From Euprymna scolopes (Eukaryota), in the NCBI GenBank assembly GCA_053919585.1, contig CM132808.1: a stretch of DNA of 64,000 nucleotides. The stretch is one strand, 5' to 3'. Below, piece after piece: positions 36,473 to 48,777 of the stretch. The position numbers were made by a program, and so were the translations under genes. How positions within the stretch are numbered: position 1 is the stretch's first letter; every line of letters begins with the position of its first letter. The notes below the pieces were generated by a model. That model was given only the letters and a program-made list of their open reading frames with translations, ran no database searches and was not told the DNA's origin.

Positions 36473-38669
36473 ACGTCTTTTAAAAATGCTTTTATGAATC
36501 TTTTTGCCAATTCTGATTATGTGTAGTTAAAATTATTGTTCGTAGTATTTGCTGAAGTAACAGTAATTAGAATAACAGTACTATGTTAATTCGCACATCA
36601 TACTTGGAACCCGTAACTTAATGAATTTCTATATGATGCTATTAAATGTTTATTTTAGTAGCAGTAGTAACAATAGTAGTATACCTAATATTAATAACAG
36701 TAATAAAAAATATAACCTTGACTAATCTTCCCTTGCACATAAGACATATAATCGCTTCATCATACAATAATTGAGGAAACTATACTGTTCATTAGGTTTA
36801 GAACTAATTGTAGTATTATGTTTCGGAATCTTTGACAACGTCTTGGCCGATTATACCTTCGACCTTATTCAAGTATATCGTGTCGAACATAGGGATCTGT
36901 ACGGTATTTTATTCAAGAATTATGACTGGATAAAGTCTTAAGGTATTCGTAATCGTATTTCGAGTATCACTCACACTGGGGATAGAACCTTCAAACTCCA
37001 AGAGAACTGAATTTTATCAAGTAATTTATTTACTATGCAATAGTTCATAGAATCGTAAAAATCGCAGTCTTGTTAGTAGTAATAACATATTAACCTACTC
37101 TGATATGCACTGCATATGAAAGATGCTCCCTGCCAAATTTAAAATAATTATCTCTAATAGTTTTGAAGCGTATCAAAGACAGAGAAAAATAACTAAGTAT
37201 GATTTAATAGCAAAACGACTTGATCTTCAAGAATGAACGAGGAACATTTTATCTTCACTCAATACGTTGATAACACTATATAACTTTCTTTTTCGGTTTA
37301 TGTCCGCCTTTTCCCCACCTAACATAGACGTAAGAAACTCTGTATTAGCTTCTTATACACATAGCTACAATTCATTAAGGCATATATATGTATTTTATAT
37401 TTTAATGGCACAATTTTCAGTCTTATAGAATATGATTTAAAGTTATGTAACGGAGGATATAATTCCAAGGAATAGCTTCATTATTTGGGGGCTTAGAGAT
37501 TCGGGACAACTTCCATTGTCTTCATTGAAAAATGTACATATAAATACATTTTAAGTTTATGTAGATTTCCTAACCTTTCATTTTATAGGAGTCTTATGCG
37601 TACGCACGCAAATCTTGACAGTTATATATGGAGATATTTAGAATCAGGTACCTTTCGCTTAAATCTAAATCATGATCCCTTCAGTTATAAGCATTCGGAT
37701 TCCACCCGAGGTATTTACTATCATCTGTTTTATACATATTACTTACCTGACGGTAAACTGAACTGCCAATAGTAATGGGCAAAAGAAAAGTCATGTTTTA
37801 AACGCATATGGTTTAACAAATGTTATTTGTCCGTGTAAATGTTGTTTCTAAAAACAAAAATGTGAACACTTGAAACTTTCACTTGGGAGTTAATGGTGAA
37901 TGAAGTAAACAGAAAATGAACGGGTATATGTCTACTTTGAACCGAGTGCGAGAAAAAAGATTGATTTCATAGAAAGGATCGCGTACATTTAATATATGCA
38001 GATTTTAAATATTTGTATTAGTAATAATATTAACATGTGTTTATGCGTGTAAGCTTCATATAGGAGACGATAAACTTCAATAATATCATTGGAAATCGTC
38101 GATATGTAAGAGGATTAATAACCACGTGCGGCTTCCGCGTATTCCTCTATAGAATACTACATGTAAATATAAAATACTCTAGTTCTTTGTTCAATTAAGT
38201 AAAGTTACAGTTTATGTACCAGATATAGTTAGTTTTGTCGATTTGTTTTTGGTCTGTATATAAGGCCAACTTTAACAGAATCGGGTATTTTTAATATACA
38301 TTTATAAAATTTGCGCGATTAGTGATAACCAATGATCGAAACATGGACGTAAAAGACAAATGAAAGCGATGTTTAAAACGTCAGTGCAGCATACTGAGAG
38401 AAAAATTATTTCAAACTTTAGCATGACAACCCGGATTAAAAAAATATCCGTTAAAACCTCGAAAGATTGACCAGAGAGAGAACCTCTTAAAGATATCTTA
38501 GGTTTGTCCATTTAATCTGTTTATCTAACGGTGGAAATGCCATTTCAAATGAAAGCGTGACAATCCAACCAATTGACCGATTATATTCAAGATGGATAAC
38601 CCGTTTCATAGACAATAGAAAATAGTAAATCACGCTATGATTTTCTCAACTGACAGACACAAAAATGAT

Positions 38670-38985
38670 GTAAAGTAAATGACAAATAGTAAATGACAGA
38701 CAGTAAATAACGGACAATAAATGATGAAGGGAAAATTACGGACAATGAATCACAGATAGTAAACGTCAGATAGTAAGTATTGGGCAGTAAATGGCAAGTA
38801 TGAAACTACGAATAGTAAATGATAGATAGTTAATTACGGACAGTAAATAACAGACAGTGAATGACGAACACGAAAACTATGGACAGTAAATGACAAGCAG
38901 TGAATTACAAGCAGTAAATGACACACAGAAAATTATACAGAGGCAATGAGGAACAATAAATGACAAACGGTAGGTGACGGACAGT
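38670..38985. repeat. Degenerate 14-bp minisatellite (CAGTAAATGACGGA consensus)
   Basis: About 22 diverged units with period 14. Confidence 0.8.
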
Positions 38986-39349
38986 CCGTCTATATGTATT
39001 TTGGCATTAAAAATGTCGAAATTCAAATTCAAGCCAAAAAACAACGATTATAATAATTAACAAGACTTCATTCTGTAACAAAAACTAATGTTTATTTATT
39101 ATTATATATTTTCATATTAATAATTACGATATATATTTTCATCACACAAAAAGGTAGCCGGTACAAAGACTTGTGTTTTTCCAAACCTTGGACTCGTGCT
39201 AGAGAGGTGATAAAGCAAATAGCAAGGCAAACAATCCTAATGTCTGAAATAATTAATTTCGGAATGAAATTCTCCACAACAATTTAAAAAAGTATTTTAA
39301 AAAGGTGGATTTTTTCACTTTTATACCATCAGCAATAATATAAACTTGT

Positions 39350-39650
39350 TTTTTACATAATAGTCACCACTTATCAAGGCTCGGAGGCCACTCGGGGATA
39401 AGGGTTATTACGTGTACAGTAATCAATGAGATAGTATCGTAGTAATCATTAGTATTGGAGATTTCATAAAGTGTCTTACTCAAGAGGGCGGTTTATCAGG
39501 AACTTGTTTATGTTGGACTTGAAGACATCAAAGTTGTAGTCAGGTGGGAAATAGGCAGACGGCAGAAAGTTCCACAGGCGTGCACTTCTAAGAAAGAAGC
39601 TTTGTTCATGGAATCTACATTTTGATTTAGGCACGGATAAAGAGTGAGTG
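39350..39650 (-). mobile_element. CR1-type LINE 3' fragment
   Basis: Matches 23850-24040 (GTTCCACAGGCGTGCA.TTCTAAGAAAGAAGCTTTG) and the shared 3' UTR. Confidence 0.85.
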
Positions 39651-41229
39651 CTTATATATAAAAAATTAAATTATTGACGTATCATTTCATAAGAATATTC
39701 TTGTAACTGCTGACGGAAAATATATTCTATTTTTATTAAATTAAATGGAGAGTGTGCACTATTTGTCGAATCATATTTGTGTTTTGCACCCAAAAATTTG
39801 ATATATTAAAAGAGTAAAGATAAATAAGGAAGTCTGACAACTGTTTGGAGAAAATTGTCATACATATTTTCAGACAGCTGTAATTCTTGCTAAATCGTTT
39901 AAAGTTATTCACTCGGATTTCGAAAGCATCGCACAGTGTGTCAGTTGTCTTCCTAGACTAAACATTTAACCATTGCGTTTCTGAGAAATCTGTGTAGTTT
40001 GCGGTTCTCATGTTAACCAACAAAGTTAACATTCATAAATATGCCTCACTAGAGTTTGTTAGATTTACTTTGCATACTAATATATTATATTTCAGCATAT
40101 GTTTATCTGTGAGTGTCTCTGTTTGGACGATTATGGTTCTCAAAACTATCCGGCAGGATTGTAGACATTTTAGCATGAAAGAAGGCTTAAATGTTGAATG
40201 CTGTATGAGGTTGAAAGTTACTGCTAATACTCCTTCTCGTGTTTATTCTAAAACAATAATTACTATTAGGCTATAAAAATACTAAGATATTTGTTATTAA
40301 GCATTCCTGAGATACGTGATGTGTCACAAGTTGCATGTTGATTTTAAATGCATTACAAAATTTGCGGATTTAAAGACATTAATCAGAATTGTAATAAACT
40401 TGGCATGGAACACCCTTCGCAAGCAGAATGTGTGATAGCAGGTTCACCATTATTATACAAACACTTTTAATATAAGTAGTTTAACGAAAAATCCGACAAG
40501 CAAAAAAAACACATCCGTTTATTGTTGAACTCCCTTGATGGTGGAAAGCTCTAATAGTTTCTTCCCGCTGACTTTGGAATTCCCTCATTTTTGTCTGATT
40601 TTCTGACTAAAATGTAGAACAAATATCTCGTCACTCAGCTCGTTGCAATCACATGTTTGACATGATTTCAAATAGTAGCTTCTTACGACAAAGTGGCAGT
40701 GGCCATTTTGGAGGGTGAAAAAGAGTAAAAAGAACGAATATAATACGCTAAAAGTATTTCATCTTCGTACGTTATCACCTCTCACCTCTTTAAAAAGATG
40801 GAATCGCCCAATCACCGAAGATGCAATACAAAACAAGATGCATTTTTAAAAATTTCAACTGGTGTTGCTGTTGTGTTCAAAGCGAAACGCGAACTAAGAT
40901 TAATTATCTCCTCATTTGCATTCCGTTCAAAAATGGCGCAATAATATTGTTGTGTCTGCGTTCCCATCAGGTGTTCATGAAATGCAAATATATCACGAAC
41001 ATACAACAGTTTTGGAGATATCACTCTACGATAAGCAGATATATTCTGACTCTACCTAATCAGAGTACTTAGATATACATGATTTGTTTGAACAAAGTTA
41101 TTACAATAATATTGTTGGGTCTGCGTTCAAAGTTGATATCAGTAGAATCGAAACATTTTTGCCCGGCAGTAATATACAACAGATGAAGGATACAGGTGTG
41201 AAATTCATATTATTCCAATAGTAAAATGT

Positions 41230-41272
<43 letters not shown>

Positions 41273-42311
41273 ATATAATAATTATCAATTAATTAAACAC
41301 CTTGAATTTAAATGGAATTTAATGTGTAAAATCGTGCATATTATTTAATTACAAACTACATGGAATAACTCTCCTACATCATATTTAATATAACGCTTTG
41401 TCGCTTCATATTTAACCCGCTTCATTTAATAAGCAGATCACAAAGTTTAAATGTCAAGCCGAATCGTTAAATCGAGAATTCTTAAAAAATACTTTTCATA
41501 CTAATATACAAGATAAATATTTAAATTGATATACCATTTCTATTAGCTATAGCTGGCTTAGTAATTATATACTAAATTATGTCGGTTTGTTGAAACAACA
41601 TGTTACAATAAAGAAAATTCTTATAAAATGTGCATCATACTTGATTTCATTTTTAAAAGATGGAGAAATTTAAATTGATCTCCTGAGGATTGCTCTAGGG
41701 GTTGATGAAAGCAAAGGGAAATGTTAGACATTTATGTAGAAATAAAAGTAAATGTTATTTGTAAGATTTCGACGTTTTTTTTCTTTTGCAGATGTGATTT
41801 GTTAGCGCTATCTGAAATACGAATATACAGTTTGTAGTATGATAGAAAACGAAAGAGGAAAGAGCAAGAATTCCTAGGTTATCTCGATGTTTCGTCTTCA
41901 TGTTGTAAAAGTTTATCAACAATGAAAAGAAAATTCAGGAAAAAATTGAAATAGATTAGAAGACTTGTGTTATAGAATATGATAGGGGAGGCAATATATG
42001 TGAATATGTTAGAAAACTTCTTCGTTCCATATCAGACTATTTTTACAAACTATTTGCATACTTTTGTACTTATAGAGGAAACAGAAACCAGTAATTGTTC
42101 TCAAATCTCCACAAAACACTATTCGTATTTAATAATGCCATCCTCTAATGGTTATGAGGATATATGCATAGATGATGCAACATATATTTGTATAAGTGAT
42201 GTCAAGATACACGTTACATAGAAAAATATAAGAAAAAACAACAACTTGAACAAACTGAAAGATAACGAAACCAAACAAGTGCAAAAGACTAAGCTATATC
42301 AGACTATATAT

Positions 42312-43100
42312 ATGTACCGCGTAGTAACGATAAATGCACTACAGCTTTTTTGTTACAAACTTTTATTGAAAAAAATCAATTCAAGTAACTTAATTATATA
42401 GTAGAGCTGATATTTATTCACTGTTGTCACCTTCAACCTCAATCATCGCCTCGATACGGTCCGGACTTGGAAGCATGCCTTTTCCATAAGCGCCGGTGGA
42501 AGTTAGGCGAATATTCTGCAGATGACGGTGATCAGGCTAGCTTTGATGTTCATGTTGGTGATGTGAGAGTTCCTGTTGGTGATGTTCTCGACGTATGACA
42601 AGAGTTAAGCGGATTCAGGTCCGGGGAAGTGGGAGCCAGTGAAAGAAAGATACAAAGTCGTGGCACTTCTTCTGAAGCACAGCCTATGTCTCTTTGGACT
42701 TGTGAACCGGTGCCAAATCCTGTTGCCACACCCAGGGTCTGTCAGTAGCCAGCTGATTGCACTAGGAGATCACCACACTTTTCATCACATCCAGGTGCTC
42801 TTTGATGTTGACTTTTAAGCCGACTTCAAAGGTGTGAGGTGGAATGATGTGGTCCTTACTTGAAACCACACCAAAGACAATAACCGTGGCCGGAAACTTT
42901 GTTTTCATTACTCTGAGCACGTCCGTGTTATTTGTGGCAATCGAGCGATGCATTTTGAGGGTGCTGACAATTGCCATGTTGTCATAACTAAGTTCAGTAG
43001 AGAGTATGGGTTGTACAGCGGCGCCTCTCCGATATCGCCCGTTGGACATTGTGTTCCTTTTAGACATGATAATAGTCTTCTATTGATCTTGGTATTTGAA
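42312..43100 (-). mobile_element. Tc1/mariner-superfamily (maT/DD37D-like) transposase remnant
   Basis: KTKFPATVIVFGVVSS..PPH.F..GLKVN, PWVWQQD.APVHKSK and PTSPDLNPL motifs. Confidence 0.85.
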
Positions 43101-44865
43101 CACGCCTGGCTTACTAGTAGATGGTCTGAAACAAAAATGAAAACCTATTTTCATCAAACCGAAATGGAATCGTGTCGTCTTTTCTAGGACGACAATTTTA
43201 TCGTTTCATAGTTGATTATTTTTAGATGCGTTTTGCATAAAACAGAGTTAGAAAAATGAACCTGAAAAAATGTGAATAAGGGTTATTAAAGCTTAAATCT
43301 AATTTTCTAAAATAAATTATTATAAGAGATAAAGAGGATAAAATGTTTGAGATCAATTGATCAAAACTTATGTAATCCTATTCCCAACTTATATCAATTG
43401 TATGGTGAATGTAAAGATGCGCCGATTTAAAAAAATATGATTGCATTTGTTCTCTCTTCGGCTAGAGGAAGAGATATTGTTTTTTTTTTGTTTTTTTTTA
43501 CTGAAGAATTTTAAATTTTATTCCATCCAGAATAAAGCTTTTAAGTGTGAACTGGATATTAAACCGATCGAAAACGGTAAATAGGAAGTTAAGGAAATTA
43601 CGTCCAAGTGCTTTCCACAAAGGAAATTACGTCCAAGTGCTTTCCACAAAGTAGGCAGGGAAACGTCTTCTGGCATAACTAAGAGTTTCTCTCGCATCTT
43701 CAGTTCTGAGCCTCAACTGCATCTATTACAACCCGTTATGTAATATAACGGTCATCCGGCATATGATAACTGTCCTATCGAATGATTTGGTGATTAAAAT
43801 ATAGCCATCCTTTAGAGTAATATACTTCTTTACTGTTTGCTCCTCGGTACCTCGCGTGATAGATCGTTTATCGAGTACACCCTACTTTCATTGGACATTA
43901 CGGGCATCCGTATCCAAACCTATGGTTGCAACAATGTGCGGAAAAACGGTAGCATATAAGTCACGTCGAATAACGTTATAAATTGCTGAGTAGCCAACAC
44001 TCAAATAATAAGACAGATGAGAATGTTTGGATTTGTCGACATGCACGTGGCGACAGTTATAGTGGCAAATCTGTAGACCAAAAAGAGTGAGTCATTGTTT
44101 AACATACTTCCGGTCGCTGGAGCAACGATCACATGAAGGCAAGCATACAAACATGGCTGAACAGCATCGGGTATGCATCCAAGACGATATTGTTTTGCAT
44201 ATACAAGTATTAAATAAATACAAACAACAGTCAATTACAAATTCACAACAATTATTTTCAAAAAGATAAAAGAAATGAAAAGAAAGAAAATAACGGTTCA
44301 ACATAAATTGTTTTTCTAAATTTTATTGTTATACAACAATAAACGGCATTGAACCGGTGACTAATCTACACAAAGTAAATAGAAACAAACTCTCTAAATA
44401 GATTGTATATAAGCGTCATTTTGATTTATTGCGGAAAATATATGTAGCAACTAAGACGGAAACGAACGCTTACAAGCTTCAAAGCACATTAGATGCATCG
44501 CGTGTAGCACAACTGTTTTCGATAGAAAAAAAGAACACGTTTACATAACGGCAGATTATTCCAATTGAAACTCGGTTGCATGCGGTGGCAATTAATTTGA
44601 ATTTATGTGTGTAGAAAGTAAATGGCTAAAATGTAACAGATCCAAAGCAGACGGTGGGCTGAAATTTAGACGGCTAAGAAAAAGTGTTTGTCAGTATTGA
44701 AAAATCGTCTGTGTTCATCCAGTGTTCTTTGAAAAGGAGTGTCATTATGATTATTAAAGCATCAATGTAGCATCGTCATGGTTAAGTAAAATTTACATGC
44801 ATCCTTTTTTTCCTCCAGCGTAAATATTACAAGATAAAATAATTAAACTCACATTGTAATAGATT

Positions 44866-44910
<45 letters not shown>

Positions 44911-46069
44911 AGAGAGACAGACAGACAGACAGAGAAACAGAGCGATGGGGAAGGGGGAGAAAGACCCAAAAGGAGAAAAAGAAAGATATTTTTATATGTA
45001 TTAGATTTATTGGAAATAATGCTTCATGAGAATGCAGTGGCATAGTTAAGGATAACCTGGTGTCAGTTGGTGCCAAATTCTACTCGACTGACGTCTTCTT
45101 CTCTTATGATAATGATTGCTGCCCCCGGGTCCAGTATTAGTTTGTTTCTTTCTAACTAGATATTCTGCAGTAAGTCGCACACGCATCAATTTGGAATAGT
45201 ATTTTATAAAAGACAACGACATATTTTTATGGTTCACAGGTTGCTTCATATCTTTGAGAAAAGAAACTAGTAAACGGTGGTTGTAAAAAGACACCAAACT
45301 TTCTCTAAGGTAGTACTGGAAATATGCCTGACTTCTGACCTTTTGACCTTTCGAACACATTTGCGCCGAGCATAATTCAGCAGAAAAAGAAAATTAGATG
45401 AATTAATTAGAAGCGAGCTCACTACTCTCCTCATTGTGATGTAATTTCCTACGACTTGTTCACTTACAGTCGCCGGGACAATAATGGGGAGCTTGCCTTC
45501 CCTCAACTGGTATGAATTGTGACGAAAAATATTTTCACAGTCGGTGTAAGTAAAAATTATAGACTTATTTTACATCAGTTCTATCGAGATTTATATCTCT
45601 GCTTCAAAGTTTAGTTGTATCAATTGTCTAAATTTATTAAGAACCAGATGTACGCTCATGAACAGGAGAGGTTTAGTAAAGATAACTTATCGGATAACGT
45701 AGTTTTATTTGTCTATCTCCTCACGAGATCCTGTTTAATAAAAACAGCCTAACCTACTTTGTATTTTTTCCATGGAAAAATAAAATAAAAAGAATCCGAT
45801 GTGTAATATTAACAGACGCGTTAAATTTCAAAGACAAACATTAATCATATGAAGAGGATGAATTAATATTTTCTCAAATTTGTAAAACAAATTACGACAA
45901 TGAAGTCGCCGTTGGCGAGAACAAAGGTATTAATAATGATGAGAGCGATGATACCGATGATAAAGTCGAAAATTCATCAGAACGTTACACAAAATGAAGT
46001 TGAAGACGGGCCGATTTTTGTGGTCGACTATTTGGGAGACTATCAAGTCGACTTTTCCTAATCCATGAC

Positions 46070-47520
46070 TAATACGCCAAAAAGCTTTAACGAATCAATT
46101 AATTATAGCAATGGAAAATAGCAATAAAAGCGAAATAGGTGCGTGAACAGAAAACAATACCTATTCGGCAGTGCCTCTTACAAAGGATAAACATGTAATT
46201 TCTTCTCAATGGGTCTTTACAAAAAGGATTACAGCGTCAGGCGTTGAACAGTAAAAGGATAGATTTGTTGCTAAAGAATACTCTCAGATTTATGGTATAG
46301 AATATTTTTCTACGATTTCACCGACAAAAAAATCTAGGCACAATCCTTCATGAAGTGTACATAAAAATGCTTATTTAAATGCCCCAATAGACTGTTAAAT
46401 GTATAATACTTCTACAGAAGGATTGATAATGAAAAATAAAAATTGTGTGTGGAAACTTAATAAATCATTGTACGATCTGAGACAGAGGAGTCGATGCTGG
46501 GGTACAGTATTTTATGATTCAAACAATGCCAAGTGGACCCCTGTTTTTATACCTAAAACAAAAACAATAAACTACTGAGTTAAGCCTTATGTGTCGATGA
46601 CATTTTAATTGCATCAAATTGTGACATAATGTTAACCGATGTTAAGAACATATAAAATAAAAATAATCAAAATGATTGATCTTGATTTCTGGGCATGCAA
46701 TTTACTCATGAAAAGGAATTATTAAAATGAATCAATTGCGGTATATTGATGAAATTTTATTAAATTTTGGAATGAAATAATGCAAGAAATCATCCACACA
46801 GGTTGAAAATGATATCAATAAAAAGCAGACACAGAATCTGAAATAATCAACGATTAACTATAACGAGAAATAATAGGAAGCCATTTATCTACTTAATGAC
46901 TGCTACAACACCTGACATATATTACATAGTAACAAAACTATCACAAAAATTATCAAGACCGACAATGAATAATTCAAACAAAGCTAAAAAAGTCCTTCGT
47001 TATTTAAGAGGAACTAAGGAAAAGCATTTAGTATTTAGAAAATCAAAAAGTCCAATAAAATTAAAAGGATCTTTAGATTTCGATTATAGAAATAATGAAG
47101 ATTGAAAAGTATATATATTATTTTATGAAAATATAAAAAGCAGCAGATTGTATCTCTCTCTGCGTGCGAGGTGGAATTCACGTTTACACATACTGCACAA
47201 GAAAGTCTGCGCCTTAAAATTATTCTAAAATCTGTTTTAGTACCAGAATGAACTAAAACTTACGTAGTAATTAATTGTAATAATAAAAAGCCAGCAGACC
47301 CCAGTTTGTATACCCAAAACAAAGACAATGAACTATTGATTTTAGTTTTATGTGTGGATGGTATTTTAATCGCAGAATACAGTAATTCACCAAAGATCTA
47401 AGTATTAGATATTAATCATCACTTCATAAGAAATGAAGTAAAAAAGAATCCATTCTTGTAAATTACATGGTATCAGGAAAAAATATCGCAGGTATATTTA
47501 TAAAACTGGCTACAAAGGTA
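46070..47520 (+). mobile_element. Ty1/copia RT/RNase H remnant
   Basis: SQWVFTK, RFVAK.YSQ.YGI, KNAYLNAPID, WKLNKSLY.L.Q, CVDDILIA, PDI.Y.V.KLSQ, KKVLRYLRGT and IDI.HHFIR motifs with many stops. Confidence 0.88.
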
Positions 47521-48777
47521 AAAGTGAAACGTTTTGTATCTAAACCTATCGGACTTTTACTTTAAATAACTTTTCACAAGTCGAGATATGTATTGATTAA
47601 AGGTTTTCCTGACCCAGACATTAAACTGCATCCATTTTGTTTTTATTACCACTTTTAACATACTAATGCGTAACAAATGTTTAAACCTTTACTAAAATAA
47701 AAATAAATAAATTAAAAAAATAAATGAAAATGGTTTTAATTTCACATGCTCACATTTTCAAGATACAAAACAAATTACTTTCACTTCTCATTTTTCTTTT
47801 ACATTAGATCAAAATAAAAAATGGTTCTATTTTTTACATACTCCAATTTTAAGATCCAAATGATTTGGGTTTTTTTTTTCATACTGTAACTTGCTCTATT
47901 TTACATATTTGAATATATGAGTATACATATTTATTTTGGAACAGAATGAAACATGAACCGAAAGGACTTTCCGATTATATTAAAAAAATGGAGGGTGCAA
48001 TATTTTCTATATTTAATGGGGTATGCTCCTTAAAAGTTGTGTGATTCTATGTATAAACGCTGCTGATATGAACTGACGAATCAAATTAATTCTCGTTCTG
48101 TTATCAACTAATCAGAAATCAGATCCATAAAAATTAAATCTTGTAGCATTCTAGCGCATAATTTTTTCGTTTCAACACGAGAAGGATCTTTTGCTTTTTG
48201 GCCGCAGAATTACAAAGTCAAGAATCTGTACAGAACAACTGTGCACTGAGAATTCTTCATCTCCAGAACTTGTCTCAAATAATTATCCATTGGAAACTCC
48301 TCTGCAATTAAAGATTGATTTCAATTCAAGAAACGATATGTCTTAAAATGACAAGACGTGGACATAGCAGGTATGAAAGAACGAAAGAAAAAAGAATGAA
48401 ACCTATGAAAAAATCAAGATAAAAAAAAGAGATCGATTGTGTTTAGATCAACGAACTTTTTCAGAAAAGATAAACATTTTGTATATATATCTTAATTGAT
48501 AATTTCTTTATTGATAATTTTTTTATTGATAATTACTTAATTGAATACTACAGTGATGTTATTCACCGGGATTTTCATATACCTCAATTACTCTTTAATG
48601 AAACGGTCCAATGCAAATGAAGTAAATTGTAAAAAAAAAAAAAAATGAAAAACATTTAAACGCTTAAAAGACATTGTAAGTAGGCAGTGCATGTGATCAT
48701 GTGATGTCTGCAAGTATAAACGTAAAAGATAACTAAATATTCTGGATGTCATTGTCAATAAATAATAATAAAATGAA

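Noticed and set aside
40300-41100. Possible transposase or host exon
   Set aside because: Slightly more complex sequence, but no motif I can recognise with confidence.
43591-43650. Exact ~29-bp tandem duplication (similar case near 27838-27880)
   Set aside because: Ordinary local slippage duplication.
45046-45506. Overlapping 104-aa and 79-aa minus-strand ORFs as a host gene
   Set aside because: No recognisable domain or convincing splice structure; cannot be supported without homology or RNA data.
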